DNA of 64,000 nt from a virus. Below, one piece after another: positions 28,802-38,073 of this stretch. The notes below the pieces were generated by a model. That model made no database searches. It was not told where the DNA came from and was given only the letters and a program-made list of their open reading frames with translations. Position numbers and translations under genes: made by a program. The stretch covers positions 11,780 to 75,779 of IMG/VR virus record IMGVR_UViG_3300029893_000004; one strand, written 5' to 3'. Positions within the stretch are counted from its first letter, which is position 1. Every line of letters starts with the position of its first letter.

Positions 28802-29686
28802 TCAGGCCCGGGGAAAGTGGGCGAGCGCGAGTCTCGCCTGCTTCGGGGGGATCTTGTTCTCGGTGAGGTACGCGAAGGCTTCGTCGTAGGTGAGGAGCTT
28901 GCGCTTCTTCTTCGGCTTGCTGCCGCCCCCGTCGAGAGACTCGGTCTGAATGGCGGCGCCCGCGCCCTCCGCCGTGTTCGGCGTGGGAGCGACGGCCGTC
29001 ATGGACTTGCGCAGGAACGCCCAGACTTCCGCGGCGCCTGCGGGATTGACCCGCGCCAGGTCGTGCAGGGCGCCGGTGATGACCGGATCGACGTGCAGCG
29101 ACTTGAGCAGCTCGATGTAGGCGTTCGGGTGCACCGGCAGGTTGGTGACCGCCACGTTGTAGACGGTCGCGCGCGTGATGCGCCGGTGATTCTGCGGGTC
29201 GCGCTCGGGCGGCGGGCCCTCGATGCTGAATCCGAGGCTGCGGTCGGTGCCGACCAGCGACTTCCCGAACTCCACGATCTCGCGTCCGCGCCCGTCGGGC
29301 GTGTCGAGGATTGGGCCCTCGACCCACAGCCCGCGGCCATGCTCGGGGTGTTCGCGAATCTCGGCCAGAGTCGGGTAGCCGATGGCCTTGCACGTGTCCT
29401 TGGAGTGGTTGTCGTTGAACCACCCGCGCTTGAGAAACACGCGCCGGAACTCCAGGCCGTCGGGCTCGACGATCTCGTCTTGGTCGTCGACCGTGCCGAA
29501 ACTCGCCCAGCCGGCCACGTAGCCGGCGAACACGTCGTCTGCGCTGCGGCGGGCCTCGGCCGGGATGTCCGCAGCCTTCTCCAGCCCGTAGACGTGCAGT
29601 CCACCCCACAAGCCGCCGATGCGAACGGGCGCACCCGTCCCTTCCGTGGCCGCGGGGCTCACGGTGGCGTTGCTGGTGTCGGTCAT
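28802..29686 (-). CDS. Prohead protease
   Basis: GWAS...DDQDEIVEPDGL..GWFNDNH...GLWVEG...LGFSIEG...VAVTNLPVHPNA. Confidence 0.9.
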   Translation of the reverse strand: MTDTSNATVSPAATEGTGAPVRIGGLWGGLHVYGLEKAADIPAEARRSADDVFAGYVAGWASFGTVDDQDEIVEPDGLEFRRVFLKRGWFNDNHSKDTCKAIGYPTLAEIREHPEHGRGLWVEGPILDTPDGRGREIVEFGKSLVGTDRSLGFSIEGPPPERDPQNHRRITRATVYNVAVTNLPVHPNAYIELLKSLHVDPVITGALHDLARVNPAGAAEVWAFLRKSMTAVAPTPNTAEGAGAAIQTESLDGGGSKPKKKRKLLTYDEAFAYLTENKIPPKQARLALAHFPRA

Positions 29687-29774
29687 GGTCTACCGGGAGC
29701 AGGAGGTGCAGACGACGCGCCCGCCGCCCACGTAGGTCGTGGCGCGGCGGCCGCAGCCGTTGTCGCAGGGCAGG

Positions 29775-30764
29775 TCAGGAGCGGGCTTCGATGGCGGGCT
29801 CTTCGGCCGGGGCGTCTTCTGGGGCGTCTTCTCGGGCTGGGAACTCGACTCGGACCACGTTGCCTTCGTCGTCGAATCCATAGCCCTCCGGGAGCACGGA
29901 CAGCGAACACGAGCACCACGGGTGCATGGCGTCGAGCACCGGCAGCCAGTCGGCCTTCTTGCGGCCGAAGTTCGTGCCGTTGCGCACGAGCTCGGACAGC
30001 AGGAACACCCGCGGCTGCCCGTTGCCGTCGATGTATGCCTTCTCGCAGGCGTCGCAGCAGCGCGGCGAGACGCGCTTGAAGACGCGCGCGTCGCCGCCGT
30101 AGCGGGCCGCGATGTCGGCCGCCTTGCCGCGCTCGTGGACGTTCTGCGCCTCGGTCTCTGCGATGCGTCGCAGGTCGCGGGCGCCGTCGTTGGTGGCGTC
30201 CAGGATGCGCGAGGCGATCCAGCGGCCGCCCTTGCGACGCGCGACGCCCTCCTGCACGGCCTCGCCGATGGCCTCGAGCGCCTCGTCGCGGACATCCTGG
30301 TCGCCCAGGAGCACTTCGCGGCGCTGCTCGTCGAGGACCTCGATCACGAGGTTGCCGACCTGGTCGGCCAGCTTGTTGCCGAGCCCCTGGATGTACAGGC
30401 CCACGTCGCGCCGGCTCGCGTCCAGGATGGCGCGCTCTTCGGTCGACAGGGCGATCGGCCGCTTGTCGATGGCCTCGTGCCAGCGCTTGGCGTCCCAATC
30501 GGCCGCGTCCTCGCCCTCTTCGGCGAGTCGCTGGAACAGCAGGCCGGTGACGAACGCGTCGCCGACAAGGTCGGGCGCGTCGCCGCTCTCGATGGCGGCT
30601 TGCGTGTCGGGGGCCAGGATGCCGCGGTCAACGAGCCGCTGGATCGTCACCGGGTCCAGCGCTTCGATTCCGCCGGCCTCGACGGCCGCGATCACCCACC
30701 AGTCGGTCAGGTCCCGTAGGCGCTGCAGCAGGCCCGATAGCTCGTCCGGGGTCAGCGCTGCCAT
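29775..30764 (-). CDS. MuF/SPP1 gp7-like head morphogenesis protein
   Basis: RRIAETE...CCDAC...MHPWCSCSL. Confidence 0.85.
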   Translation of the reverse strand: MAALTPDELSGLLQRLRDLTDWWVIAAVEAGGIEALDPVTIQRLVDRGILAPDTQAAIESGDAPDLVGDAFVTGLLFQRLAEEGEDAADWDAKRWHEAIDKRPIALSTEERAILDASRRDVGLYIQGLGNKLADQVGNLVIEVLDEQRREVLLGDQDVRDEALEAIGEAVQEGVARRKGGRWIASRILDATNDGARDLRRIAETEAQNVHERGKAADIAARYGGDARVFKRVSPRCCDACEKAYIDGNGQPRVFLLSELVRNGTNFGRKKADWLPVLDAMHPWCSCSLSVLPEGYGFDDEGNVVRVEFPAREDAPEDAPAEEPAIEARS

Positions 30765-30871
30765 GGTCGGGCCTCGGGAGCCGCGCGAAGCGCAGCGCGC
30801 CGTCGTCCGTGCGGCGGAGCACCTCGCCGGTTGCGGGGTCGATGTCGATCGTGTACTTGCGGACCATGGCG

Positions 30872-31126
30872 TCAGTCGAGCAGACCGGACGCGCGGATCT
30901 CCGCGAGCACCTTGTCGCGGTAGATGCGGGCGATGCGGTCGAACCTCGATCCGAGCCTATCAGCCTGCTGCTCCAGCGCAAGCAGGTGGAAGCGCCGGGC
31001 CTTGCCGTCCGTGGGCAGCGTGGCGCCGGTGTCGCCCTTGCGCGGGGTCGCGCGGGCGAGCGACGCGGCGATGGCCTTCTGCAGTTCGGGCGACGGGTTC
31101 GTCAGGATGACGAAGCGCGTGCTCAT
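30872..31126 (-). CDS. Small hypothetical head-module protein
   Basis: Coupled ORF; MSTRFVIL...LQKA. Confidence 0.55.
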   Translation of the reverse strand: MSTRFVILTNPSPELQKAIAASLARATPRKGDTGATLPTDGKARRFHLLALEQQADRLGSRFDRIARIYRDKVLAEIRASGLLD

Positions 31127-31281
31127 GGCTCGCCGGGGGCTGCGTCCCGGAACGGCCCGATCGAATCCTGCGTAAGCAGGTCGTCGACAGTGTAGATCTC
31201 CGCCTCTTGCTTGCCGCTCTCATCGAACGCCTCGTGCTGTATCCACAGCGGGTGGCGCTCTTCGCCGGCCTCGCCTCCCAT
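31123..31281 (-). CDS. Small acidic hypothetical protein
   Basis: Strong GGAGGAGG RBS before ATG at 31281. Confidence 0.5.
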   Translation of the reverse strand: MGGEAGEERHPLWIQHEAFDESGKQEAEIYTVDDLLTQDSIGPFRDAAPGEP

Positions 31282-31301
31282 GGTTGCCTCCTCCTTAGTG
31301 C

Positions 31302-32963
31302 TCACGCCGCAACCTCCACCTCGACCACCTCGCCCCGGCGCTTGCCGGCCTCGATGGCCGCGAGCAAGCTCTTGACCACCGGCGAGCCGTCCCGCGCCTC
31401 GCGCTGCGCCTCGCTCATGAACCGCTCGATGTCGAGCGGCTCCGCGCCTCCTGCCTGCTCGGGCGCCTCTTCGGAGGCGTCGTCGGGGCCGCCCTCGGGC
31501 TGGGCGGGCGCGAAGGTGCCCTTGGCCTGGTGCATGGCGAGCCACTGTTGCAGGTACGCCTGCGGCACGTTGGCCGGGTTCGTCTCGTTCTCCAGGTCGA
31601 GCTCCTTGTCGTCGCGCCCGGCGCGCACCTCGTTCAGCGTGCGGAACGTGAGCTCTTCCTTGTCCCGGGCGTTGCGATCCTGCGCGCTCTCTTCGTCCAG
31701 CCCGCCGCAGACGATCTCGAAGTCCGGGTACTTCGGCTGGATGTAGTAGCGGTCCAGGCCCTCGATGATGTGCTCGGCGATCGTCAGGATGCCCTTGCTC
31801 CGGCCGTAGTCGATCCGCTCCTTGCCGGAGCCCTGCGAAATCGTCGACTTCTGGCCCTCGTTGCCGAACTGGAACCCGATGAGCATCGGGTCGATCTTGT
31901 ACAGCGCGCAGAACACTTTGAGCAGGAAGTTCAAGAACGCCCCGAACTCCATGTCCTTCATGGTCGCGGCCGTGAAGGGGATCCACGTCGGCGGCTTCCC
32001 TTCGTAGCCGAGCACGCCCACGCGGCGGTTGTTCGCGGCGCCCATGAGGGTCGCCTGAATCATCCGCTTGAGCGACTGCACCTGCGCGGGTTTCGTCGAG
32101 CCCTCGAGCGCGATGATGCCGGCCGCCGACAGGCCGTGGTCGAACCACTTGAAGTTGTGCTCCATGGCCTTCGCCAAGCCGTAGAGCACCTGCAGGCCCA
32201 TCTCCAGCTCGCTCTGTCCGTAGCCGCTCCATTCGACGGTGGTCTGCGTGTTGCGGATGCCGACGTGGCAGCGGTGCGGCTGCCCGGGCTTCCACTCGGC
32301 GAGCGGCGAAAGGCTCGTCTTGCCGATGAACACCGGGTACAGGTAGCCGCTCTCGCGCTCCTTCGCGAAGCGCACGCGCGCGCCGTCGATGGCCTGGAAA
32401 CGCGCCGGCTGCCCGAGTCGGTCGGGCATGTACTCGGTGGGGTTCAGGTCGAGCACCAGCGAGTCAATCGCGGCCTTGGCGAAGTACGTCCGCAGGTCGT
32501 CGCGATAGAACCGCTCGTCATCGTTCTTGAGCACGCCGCAGAAGTCCAGCTCGCGCTGGATGCGAAGGATCTCCTTCTGCTCGGCGTCGGTCGGCGGCTT
32601 CTTGCTGTCTCGCAGGCGGAGCTGATAGCCCGGGGCGTTCGGCCGCGCCTGCGGCATGGCGAAGCGCACGACCTCGGTCTTGATGGTCTGCAGCACGGCC
32701 GCGGCGATGAACATGCGGCTGACGGCGCGCAGCTCGAACGGGGTCGCCACGTAGCCGTAGGGGTCGTGGCGCTCCCGGATGCCGCCCATCATCACGCCCG
32801 GGTCGAACGCGAACGGGTCGCCGTCGAGCCCCCATGGCTCCTCGACGGGCGGCAGGACCTTGTCTTGCGTCTGCTCGCGCACCCGCCGCTGCGCCGCCTT
32901 GGCGAGCGCGGCGTACTGCTCGCTACCCCACGACGGGGGCGGAGGGGTGCGTGGTCGGGTCAT
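31302..32963 (-). CDS. Portal protein (Herelleviridae-like)
   Basis: KDMEFGAFLNFLLKVFCALYKIDPMLIGF; YGQSELEM; RTLNEVRA. Confidence 0.9.
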   Translation of the reverse strand: MTRPRTPPPPSWGSEQYAALAKAAQRRVREQTQDKVLPPVEEPWGLDGDPFAFDPGVMMGGIRERHDPYGYVATPFELRAVSRMFIAAAVLQTIKTEVVRFAMPQARPNAPGYQLRLRDSKKPPTDAEQKEILRIQRELDFCGVLKNDDERFYRDDLRTYFAKAAIDSLVLDLNPTEYMPDRLGQPARFQAIDGARVRFAKERESGYLYPVFIGKTSLSPLAEWKPGQPHRCHVGIRNTQTTVEWSGYGQSELEMGLQVLYGLAKAMEHNFKWFDHGLSAAGIIALEGSTKPAQVQSLKRMIQATLMGAANNRRVGVLGYEGKPPTWIPFTAATMKDMEFGAFLNFLLKVFCALYKIDPMLIGFQFGNEGQKSTISQGSGKERIDYGRSKGILTIAEHIIEGLDRYYIQPKYPDFEIVCGGLDEESAQDRNARDKEELTFRTLNEVRAGRDDKELDLENETNPANVPQAYLQQWLAMHQAKGTFAPAQPEGGPDDASEEAPEQAGGAEPLDIERFMSEAQREARDGSPVVKSLLAAIEAGKRRGEVVEVEVAA

Positions 32964-33010
32964 GGTTCACCGGGTTCGGCATGGGCCGGAGGGCCCGGTT
33001 CAGGCGGCGC

Positions 33011-33270
33011 GGCGGCGGTGCAGGACGAGGCGGAGGGACTTCTAGACCGCGCCGATCTCGTTCGCCACGGCGTCGAGCTTGTCGGCTGGGATGGTCCAGC
33101 GCCTGAAGTCGGCGTCCCACCGGCCGCCCGCGGCGCGGATGGCGTCCTTGTGCGCGAACGTGTCGCCGGACAGGCCGATGCGATCGCCCTGCTTCCTGGC
33201 GACGATTCCGGCCCTGACGAGCTTGCCGAGCGCGTCCGTTCCGTCGCTCTCGACCGTCACCTTGCCGCTG
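33011..33270. repeat. 260-bp direct repeat, copy A (copy B at 46692-46951)
   Basis: Manual ungapped alignment: 18 mismatches; 101-bp perfect core at 33063-33163. Confidence 0.9.
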
Positions 33271-34703
33271 CGCAGCCCCGGGAGAGCTTCGGTCGGCCAC
33301 ACCGTGCCACTTGCGGCGTCCATCCACTCGCCTCGCGGCGTCTTGTAGAACGTCCGCTCATCGTTGCGCAGGACGATGCGCACCGCGTGCCCGGGCGGAA
33401 GCTGCATCGCCTCCGCCGCGGTGACCGCCGCCCCCACGGGCTTGGCCTCGATCTTCGGCGGCGGCGCGACGGTCGGCGCTGGCGCGGCTGCGGTGTCCTG
33501 CGGCCCCTTGGCCGCGGCGTTCTGCGCCTCTTCTTCCGCTCGCTTCGCCGCGATCAAGCCGGCGTGTGCTGCGCGTAGCCGACCGGCGACAGCCGCTGAC
33601 GTTGCGCGGTATGTGATCGTGCGGTTGTCGCCTCCCACCCCCGGATGATGAACGACGGCTTGGTCACTCGTTGCGTAGACGTGGAATCCGTCCGTCAGTT
33701 CTGCCGGGAATGGGAGCGAATACACAGCCTTGCGTGCGCTCTTCGTCTGCCGATCGCCATTCTCCAGGCGCTCCCCCTTGGCCTTGACATCCGCGATCGC
33801 GTCCTTGACCTCCTGCTCAGCGGCGAGGCGCTTGGCCTTCGCATCCTGATCTGCCGGCTTGTCGTCGGCCTTCGCTGCGGCGTCCTTGCCCACCCCAAGC
33901 TTCCGCGCCTCCTCCTCGAGCCGCGCCACCTGCTTCTTGCTGCCCGCCTTCCGCGCCGCCTCCAGGTCGCGCTTCGCCTTGTCCGCCCGCGCCTTGATGG
34001 CGTCGGCGTGCTCGGCGTGCACGAGCTGCCGGAACTCCTCCCGGGTGAGCTTGATCGTGTCGCCCGTCTCGTCGTGCTCGACGTGGACGGTGTCGCCGTC
34101 GACCTTCCTGACGTGGAAGTGCCCGTCCTTGCCGCCGCGCTTCGCCTTGAACGCCGCGCCTTCGTGGATGGCGTCGCCATCGTGCGCCAGCCCGGCGCTC
34201 GTGACCTTGTACCAGTAGCGGTATCGCCCGTTCGGGAGCCGCTGCCGGCGAATGTACTTGTGCCCCGCGGCCTTGAGCAGCCACGTCGACTCTTCCGAGC
34301 ACGGGCGCCACGTGCCGCCCTCCTGCGCGCTCAGGCTCTTCGCGAGGCTCACGAGCGCAGGACCGTCGTTCAGCGGGTCGCTCTGCGCCTCGATCTCGCC
34401 CTCGACCAGCGCGCGCAGTTCCTCGGAGCCGCCAAGCTTGCGGATGGCCTGGTGCAGCGGCGCCTCGTACTGGCGAGCGCGGATCATGTCTCCGACGATG
34501 TCGCCGGCAATGGCGCTGTGGTCGAGCCCGTTGGCCACCCCGAGCGGGCGCGGGCCGTCGAAGCCAGCAGGCGGGCCGGCAAGGGCCCAGCGCACGCGCT
34601 GCTGCACGGTGTAGATCAGCACCTCCAGTGCTTCGGCGTCGGTCAGCGACGGCCGGCCCTGCGCGTCCACCGCGGCGCTCTTGCGGAAGAGTACGAGGCG
34701 CAT
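33042..34703 (-). CDS. Modular putative head-packaged protein (GHKYIRR module + GxTFxHKDxxRAAGGRWD module)
   Basis: Start MRLVLFRKS after GGAG; shares two modules with the 46618-50154 protein; directly before the portal. Confidence 0.7.
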   Translation of the reverse strand: MRLVLFRKSAAVDAQGRPSLTDAEALEVLIYTVQQRVRWALAGPPAGFDGPRPLGVANGLDHSAIAGDIVGDMIRARQYEAPLHQAIRKLGGSEELRALVEGEIEAQSDPLNDGPALVSLAKSLSAQEGGTWRPCSEESTWLLKAAGHKYIRRQRLPNGRYRYWYKVTSAGLAHDGDAIHEGAAFKAKRGGKDGHFHVRKVDGDTVHVEHDETGDTIKLTREEFRQLVHAEHADAIKARADKAKRDLEAARKAGSKKQVARLEEEARKLGVGKDAAAKADDKPADQDAKAKRLAAEQEVKDAIADVKAKGERLENGDRQTKSARKAVYSLPFPAELTDGFHVYATSDQAVVHHPGVGGDNRTITYRATSAAVAGRLRAAHAGLIAAKRAEEEAQNAAAKGPQDTAAAPAPTVAPPPKIEAKPVGAAVTAAEAMQLPPGHAVRIVLRNDERTFYKTPRGEWMDAASGTVWPTEALPGLRSGKVTVESDGTDALGKLVRAGIVARKQGDRIGLSGDTFAHKDAIRAAGGRWDADFRRWTIPADKLDAVANEIGAV

Positions 34704-34884
34704 CGGTTCTCCGGATGACGGGACCGCCGGGCGCCAGAAGACGCCCGACGGCTGGCGGTGGAGTGGCTGTAGCGGGATGATGGTCCGGGCTCGGTGTGTC
34801 AAGCCGAAGAGATCCCCGGTCCGGAAGGCTGGTCAGGAGTAGGATGATGGCGTCCGCGAGGCGCAACTCTCACGGATACCACCA

Positions 34885-34913
34885 CCTATACACCATCCGA
34901 ACGCCGGTGTCAA
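34885..34913 (-). promoter_or_regulatory. Sigma70-like promoter for the head/tail operon
   Basis: TTGACA-N17-TATAGG; spacer contains CGTTCGGAT. Confidence 0.75.
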
Positions 34914-34919
34914 CTGCGC

Positions 34920-35318
34920 TCAGAACGGGATGTCGTCGTCGCTGAAGCTGCCCTGCTCGGGCTCGGGCGCGCTCTGCTGCCGGCCGCCGACCCCGCCGAG
35001 GAACGTGACGACGTCCGCGACCACCTCCGTGGTGTACCGATCGGCGCCGTCCTTGTCCTGCCACTTGCGCGTCTGCAGGCGGCCCTCGACGTAGACCTGC
35101 CGGCCCTTGCTCAGATGCGCCTGGCAGACCTCCGCCAGCTTGCCCCAGACGACGACGGGGAACCACTCCGTGCGCTCCTGCTGCTCGCCGGCCTTGTCGC
35201 GCCACTTCTTGCTGACGGCCACTCTGAAGTTGCAGACGCCGGTGCCGCTGTTCGTGTACCGTGTCTCCGGGTCGCGGCCCAGGTGGCCGATGATCTGCAC
35301 CTTGTTCAGTCCTGCCAT
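34920..35318 (-). CDS. ssb: Single-stranded DNA-binding protein
   Basis: [19 protein letters not shown]...[14 protein letters not shown]...[12 protein letters not shown]...DDDIPF. Confidence 0.97.
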   Translation of the reverse strand: MAGLNKVQIIGHLGRDPETRYTNSGTGVCNFRVAVSKKWRDKAGEQQERTEWFPVVVWGKLAEVCQAHLSKGRQVYVEGRLQTRKWQDKDGADRYTTEVVADVVTFLGGVGGRQQSAPEPEQGSFSDDDIPF

Positions 35319-35323
35319 GTCTC

Positions 35324-35557
35324 TCAGTCCTCCATGCCGACCACGGCGTCGCGCCAGCGGCGGAGCATTCGCTCCACGCGTGGGACGGCGCACTCGTCGG
35401 CGTGCTCGTGGTGTGCGTTGTTCGGTCTGCGGCACGCGCAGCACCGCGTCAGGTTGCCGCGCTCGCTGTAGTGGACCTGACTCTCGGCCCATTCGGTCAG
35501 GTGGTCGGCGAGCGTCTGTCCCGCCAGTTCGAGGCGGTCGATCGGGAGTCCGGTCAT
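35324..35557 (-). CDS. Small Cys/His protein
   Basis: CCAC...H...C; coupled ORF. Confidence 0.55.
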   Translation of the reverse strand: MTGLPIDRLELAGQTLADHLTEWAESQVHYSERGNLTRCCACRRPNNAHHEHADECAVPRVERMLRRWRDAVVGMED

Positions 35558-35739
35558 GCGTCCGCGTCCTCCGGGGTTGTCATCTCCGCGGTGTCGTCCG
35601 CGCGGCGCTCGGCTGTGTGCGCCACCTTCGGCTCGTACGCCGCGCACGCCAGCGAGTCGTCCCGCACGCCGGCCTGGTAGACGCGGCAGACGCCGAGCCC
35701 GCGGGTGCCGTGGTAGTGGGCGCAGGTGGCGCAGGTCAT
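35554..35739 (-). CDS. Small Cys-rich protein
   Basis: MTCATCAHY...C...C. Confidence 0.6.
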   Translation of the reverse strand: MTCATCAHYHGTRGLGVCRVYQAGVRDDSLACAAYEPKVAHTAERRADDTAEMTTPEDADA

Positions 35740-35900
35740 AGGACGCCCAGCATGTCAGCGACGATGGCAGCGATGAGGACGCCGCCCATCAGGGCCCACA
35801 GCACCTTGGCGATAGCGACCGCGCCAAGAATGGCGGTCACCGCGGTCAGACCAGCCAGCACAGAGAGTATCACGGCCACGATGCGGCAGTACACGTTCAC
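35736..35900 (-). CDS. Small 2-TM membrane protein
   Basis: GTG start after GGAGG; almost entirely hydrophobic. Confidence 0.55.
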   Translation of the reverse strand: MNVYCRIVAVILSVLAGLTAVTAILGAVAIAKVLWALMGGVLIAAIVADMLGVL

Positions 35901-36161
35901 GGCGTCACCTCCCGCCCGTCCTTCACGATCGCCACCTCGACGTCGTAGTCGCCGATGCGCCCGGCGAGCTCGACGCCGAACGCCTCGATGACCGCCTGCG
36001 GCGACCCGCCCATGTGCTCGGCCAGCGCGCGCATCAGCTCGCTCGTGTTCATGCGCTTGGCGGCGCGCGCTGCGGCCGCGACGGCCAGCCAGCGCCACGT
36101 GGAGAGCACGGCAAGGGTCAGGACGATGCCGGCGAGCAGGCCGGCGATGATGGGGGGTCAT
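35897..36161 (-). pseudogene. Membrane-anchored protein frameshifted in a C6 run
   Basis: ATG ACC CCC C ATC ATC GCC: removing one C gives MTPIIAGLLAGIVLTLAVLSTWRW... joined to ORF 35897-36109. Confidence 0.55.
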
Positions 36162-36805
36162 GCGGTCTCCTTCGGCTGCCTCGCCAGCCACTCCTCGAAC
36201 TCCCGCTGCTGCACCTGCGCCTGGAACCACAGCACGCCGCTCATCTCGTACGCGTCCTCCCAGGTGCAGTAGTCGCGCAGCGCCCACAGCAGGCGCCCGG
36301 TCATGAGACAGTCCGCCGACGCCCGGTGCGCCTTGCCGGGCGCTTCGATGCCGAACCGCTCGCACACGGCCGTCAGCTTGTGCCGGCCCTTGCCCTTCCA
36401 CCACCGCCCGACGTGGTCCATGCGCACGAGCGCGAGCGGGTCGATGAGCGGCTTGTCCGCCACCGCGTCGTCCCACGCTCTCCCGATCAGACGCGCGAGC
36501 ACCGGGGCGTCGTAGTGGTAGAGGTTGTAGCCGACGATGATGTCGGCGGCCTGGACGTGCGTCAGGAAGCGCTCGGCGACGTCCTCGAGCCGCGGGGCGC
36601 TCGCCACGTGCGCGTCCGTGATCCCGTGGATGGCGCTCGCTTCCTCGGGGATCGGGCAGCCCGGGTTGATGAGCGTGCCCCTCCGCCGGACCGGCTGCCC
36701 GGCCTCGAAGCGGACGGCGCCCAGCTCGACCACGGCGCACGTCGCCGGGTCGGGGCCCGTGGTCTCGGTGTCGATGACGAGCCAGGAGGCGGTCCAGGGG
36801 TTCAC
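36158..36805 (-). CDS. DEDDh 3'-5' exonuclease (DNA pol III epsilon-like)
   Basis: VIDTETTG, AIHGIT, VGYNLYHYD, AHRASADC. Confidence 0.92.
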   Translation of the reverse strand: MNPWTASWLVIDTETTGPDPATCAVVELGAVRFEAGQPVRRRGTLINPGCPIPEEASAIHGITDAHVASAPRLEDVAERFLTHVQAADIIVGYNLYHYDAPVLARLIGRAWDDAVADKPLIDPLALVRMDHVGRWWKGKGRHKLTAVCERFGIEAPGKAHRASADCLMTGRLLWALRDYCTWEDAYEMSGVLWFQAQVQQREFEEWLARQPKETA

Positions 36806-37185
36806 GCCCCACCTCCCCGTGCGGCCACGCCCAGCACGAACAGCTTGATGTCGCGGTGTATCTTCGTCCCATTGGGGTCGTCGCTGCGCGAAACCATGAC
36901 CCCGAGCGGCCCGAAGAACAGCGCCGTGTCGTGCTCCCGCCGCTCGACGCGCGGGCGCTGCCACGGCGGCCCCCAGCCGATGTGCATGGATCTCCGCGGG
37001 CGGAAGATGCTCAGGCGGTAGTCCGTGCGCGCGTGCGGCCGGAGCGTGACCACCAGGTCGGTCGGCTCGTGAACCAGCGCGTGCATGACTCCGCCGTCCG
37101 CTCGCGTCGCCGTCGCGCGGTACACGTCGAGCGCCGGCAAGTGCAGCGGGCCGGGCAAGCGGTAGTGCTTGGTGATGATGCTCAT
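36802..37185 (-). CDS. Hypothetical protein
   Basis: Coupled ORF with RBS. Confidence 0.5.
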   Translation of the reverse strand: MSIITKHYRLPGPLHLPALDVYRATATRADGGVMHALVHEPTDLVVTLRPHARTDYRLSIFRPRRSMHIGWGPPWQRPRVERREHDTALFFGPLGVMVSRSDDPNGTKIHRDIKLFVLGVAARGGGA

Positions 37186-37589
37186 TGCGTCTTCTCGTCC
37201 TCCATCGCCTGCACGACTGCCTTGCCGGTGTCGGTCAAGTACGGATTGCCGAAGTTGCTGTAGGCGAGCCCACGCCGGTCGAGCGCCGCGACCACGCGCA
37301 ACGGCGTCGTCGTCTCGCCGCGCCGGCGCCACACCTGCGCGAGCTCGCTCATGGCGGCGCAGTCGGCCACCGCCCGCAGCACCTCGCGCTGCAGCGGCGG
37401 CAGCTTCGCGAACGTCTTGCGTGCTGCAGCCATGGCCTCGGCCGCGCGCACCTGCGCCCAGTGGCGGGCCGCCTGCTGCCAGAGGCTGTGCGCGTCGTCG
37501 GACAGGCGGTGAGCGATGCTGGCGATGAGCTTGAAGTCGGCTTCGCTCGCCAGCGGGTCGAAGATGAGCTTGGTGCCGTCGATGTTCAT
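37182..37589 (-). CDS. Hypothetical protein with C-terminal winged-helix-like segment
   Basis: AAGGAG RBS; LDRRGLAY...YLTDTGKAV. Confidence 0.6.
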   Translation of the reverse strand: MNIDGTKLIFDPLASEADFKLIASIAHRLSDDAHSLWQQAARHWAQVRAAEAMAAARKTFAKLPPLQREVLRAVADCAAMSELAQVWRRRGETTTPLRVVAALDRRGLAYSNFGNPYLTDTGKAVVQAMEDEKTQ

Positions 37590-37613
37590 GGGGTCTCCTT
37601 GTTCACCTCGGTG

Positions 37614-38006
37614 TCAGTCATAGTCGAACACCACCAGCAGCCGACCCTCCGGCACGTCGACGCCGTTCGCCTTGCCCGCCTCGCGGAGCCGCTCCCAGGC
37701 ATCGCGGGCGGCCTTGATCTCGCCGGGGAACTCGCTGCTCAGCCACGCCTCGAAGTCGGACAGGGGCGTCACGTCGGGCGTCAGCAGGCCCGGCCCGTAG
37801 GCGTTCGCGTTGTCGGCGATGCGGAAGCCGACCCAGTGCGTCCACGACTCGTAGCTGTAGCCGAGCCGATGGTATCCCCCGGCAGACTCGACCACGGACT
37901 CCACCCACGGCGCACGATCCCACGTCCCGTTTTCACACGGACTCTCTGTCCAGTGCGTATCCCCGATGGCGCCGAACACGACGCCCATGTAGTGTCCCTG
38001 TCCCAT
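37614..38006 (-). CDS. Hypothetical protein
   Basis: AAGGGAG RBS before MGQGHYMG. Confidence 0.6.
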   Translation of the reverse strand: MGQGHYMGVVFGAIGDTHWTESPCENGTWDRAPWVESVVESAGGYHRLGYSYESWTHWVGFRIADNANAYGPGLLTPDVTPLSDFEAWLSSEFPGEIKAARDAWERLREAGKANGVDVPEGRLLVVFDYD

Positions 38007-38073
38007 GGATGGCTCCCTTGTTGATGGTGTACGGCCGCGCCAGAGCACCTGTGCCCAGCCGTAGGTTCTTACC

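Noticed and set aside
30628-30981. ORF MVRKYTIDIDPATGEV...
   Set aside because: May be a small real gene from 30867, but it overlaps MuF by more than 130 nt with low-complexity sequence; insufficient support
33042-33044. Genome-wide TAG recoding
   Set aside because: Many genes end in TAG with the next gene starting immediately (e.g. 8650, 11150, 12923, 58938)
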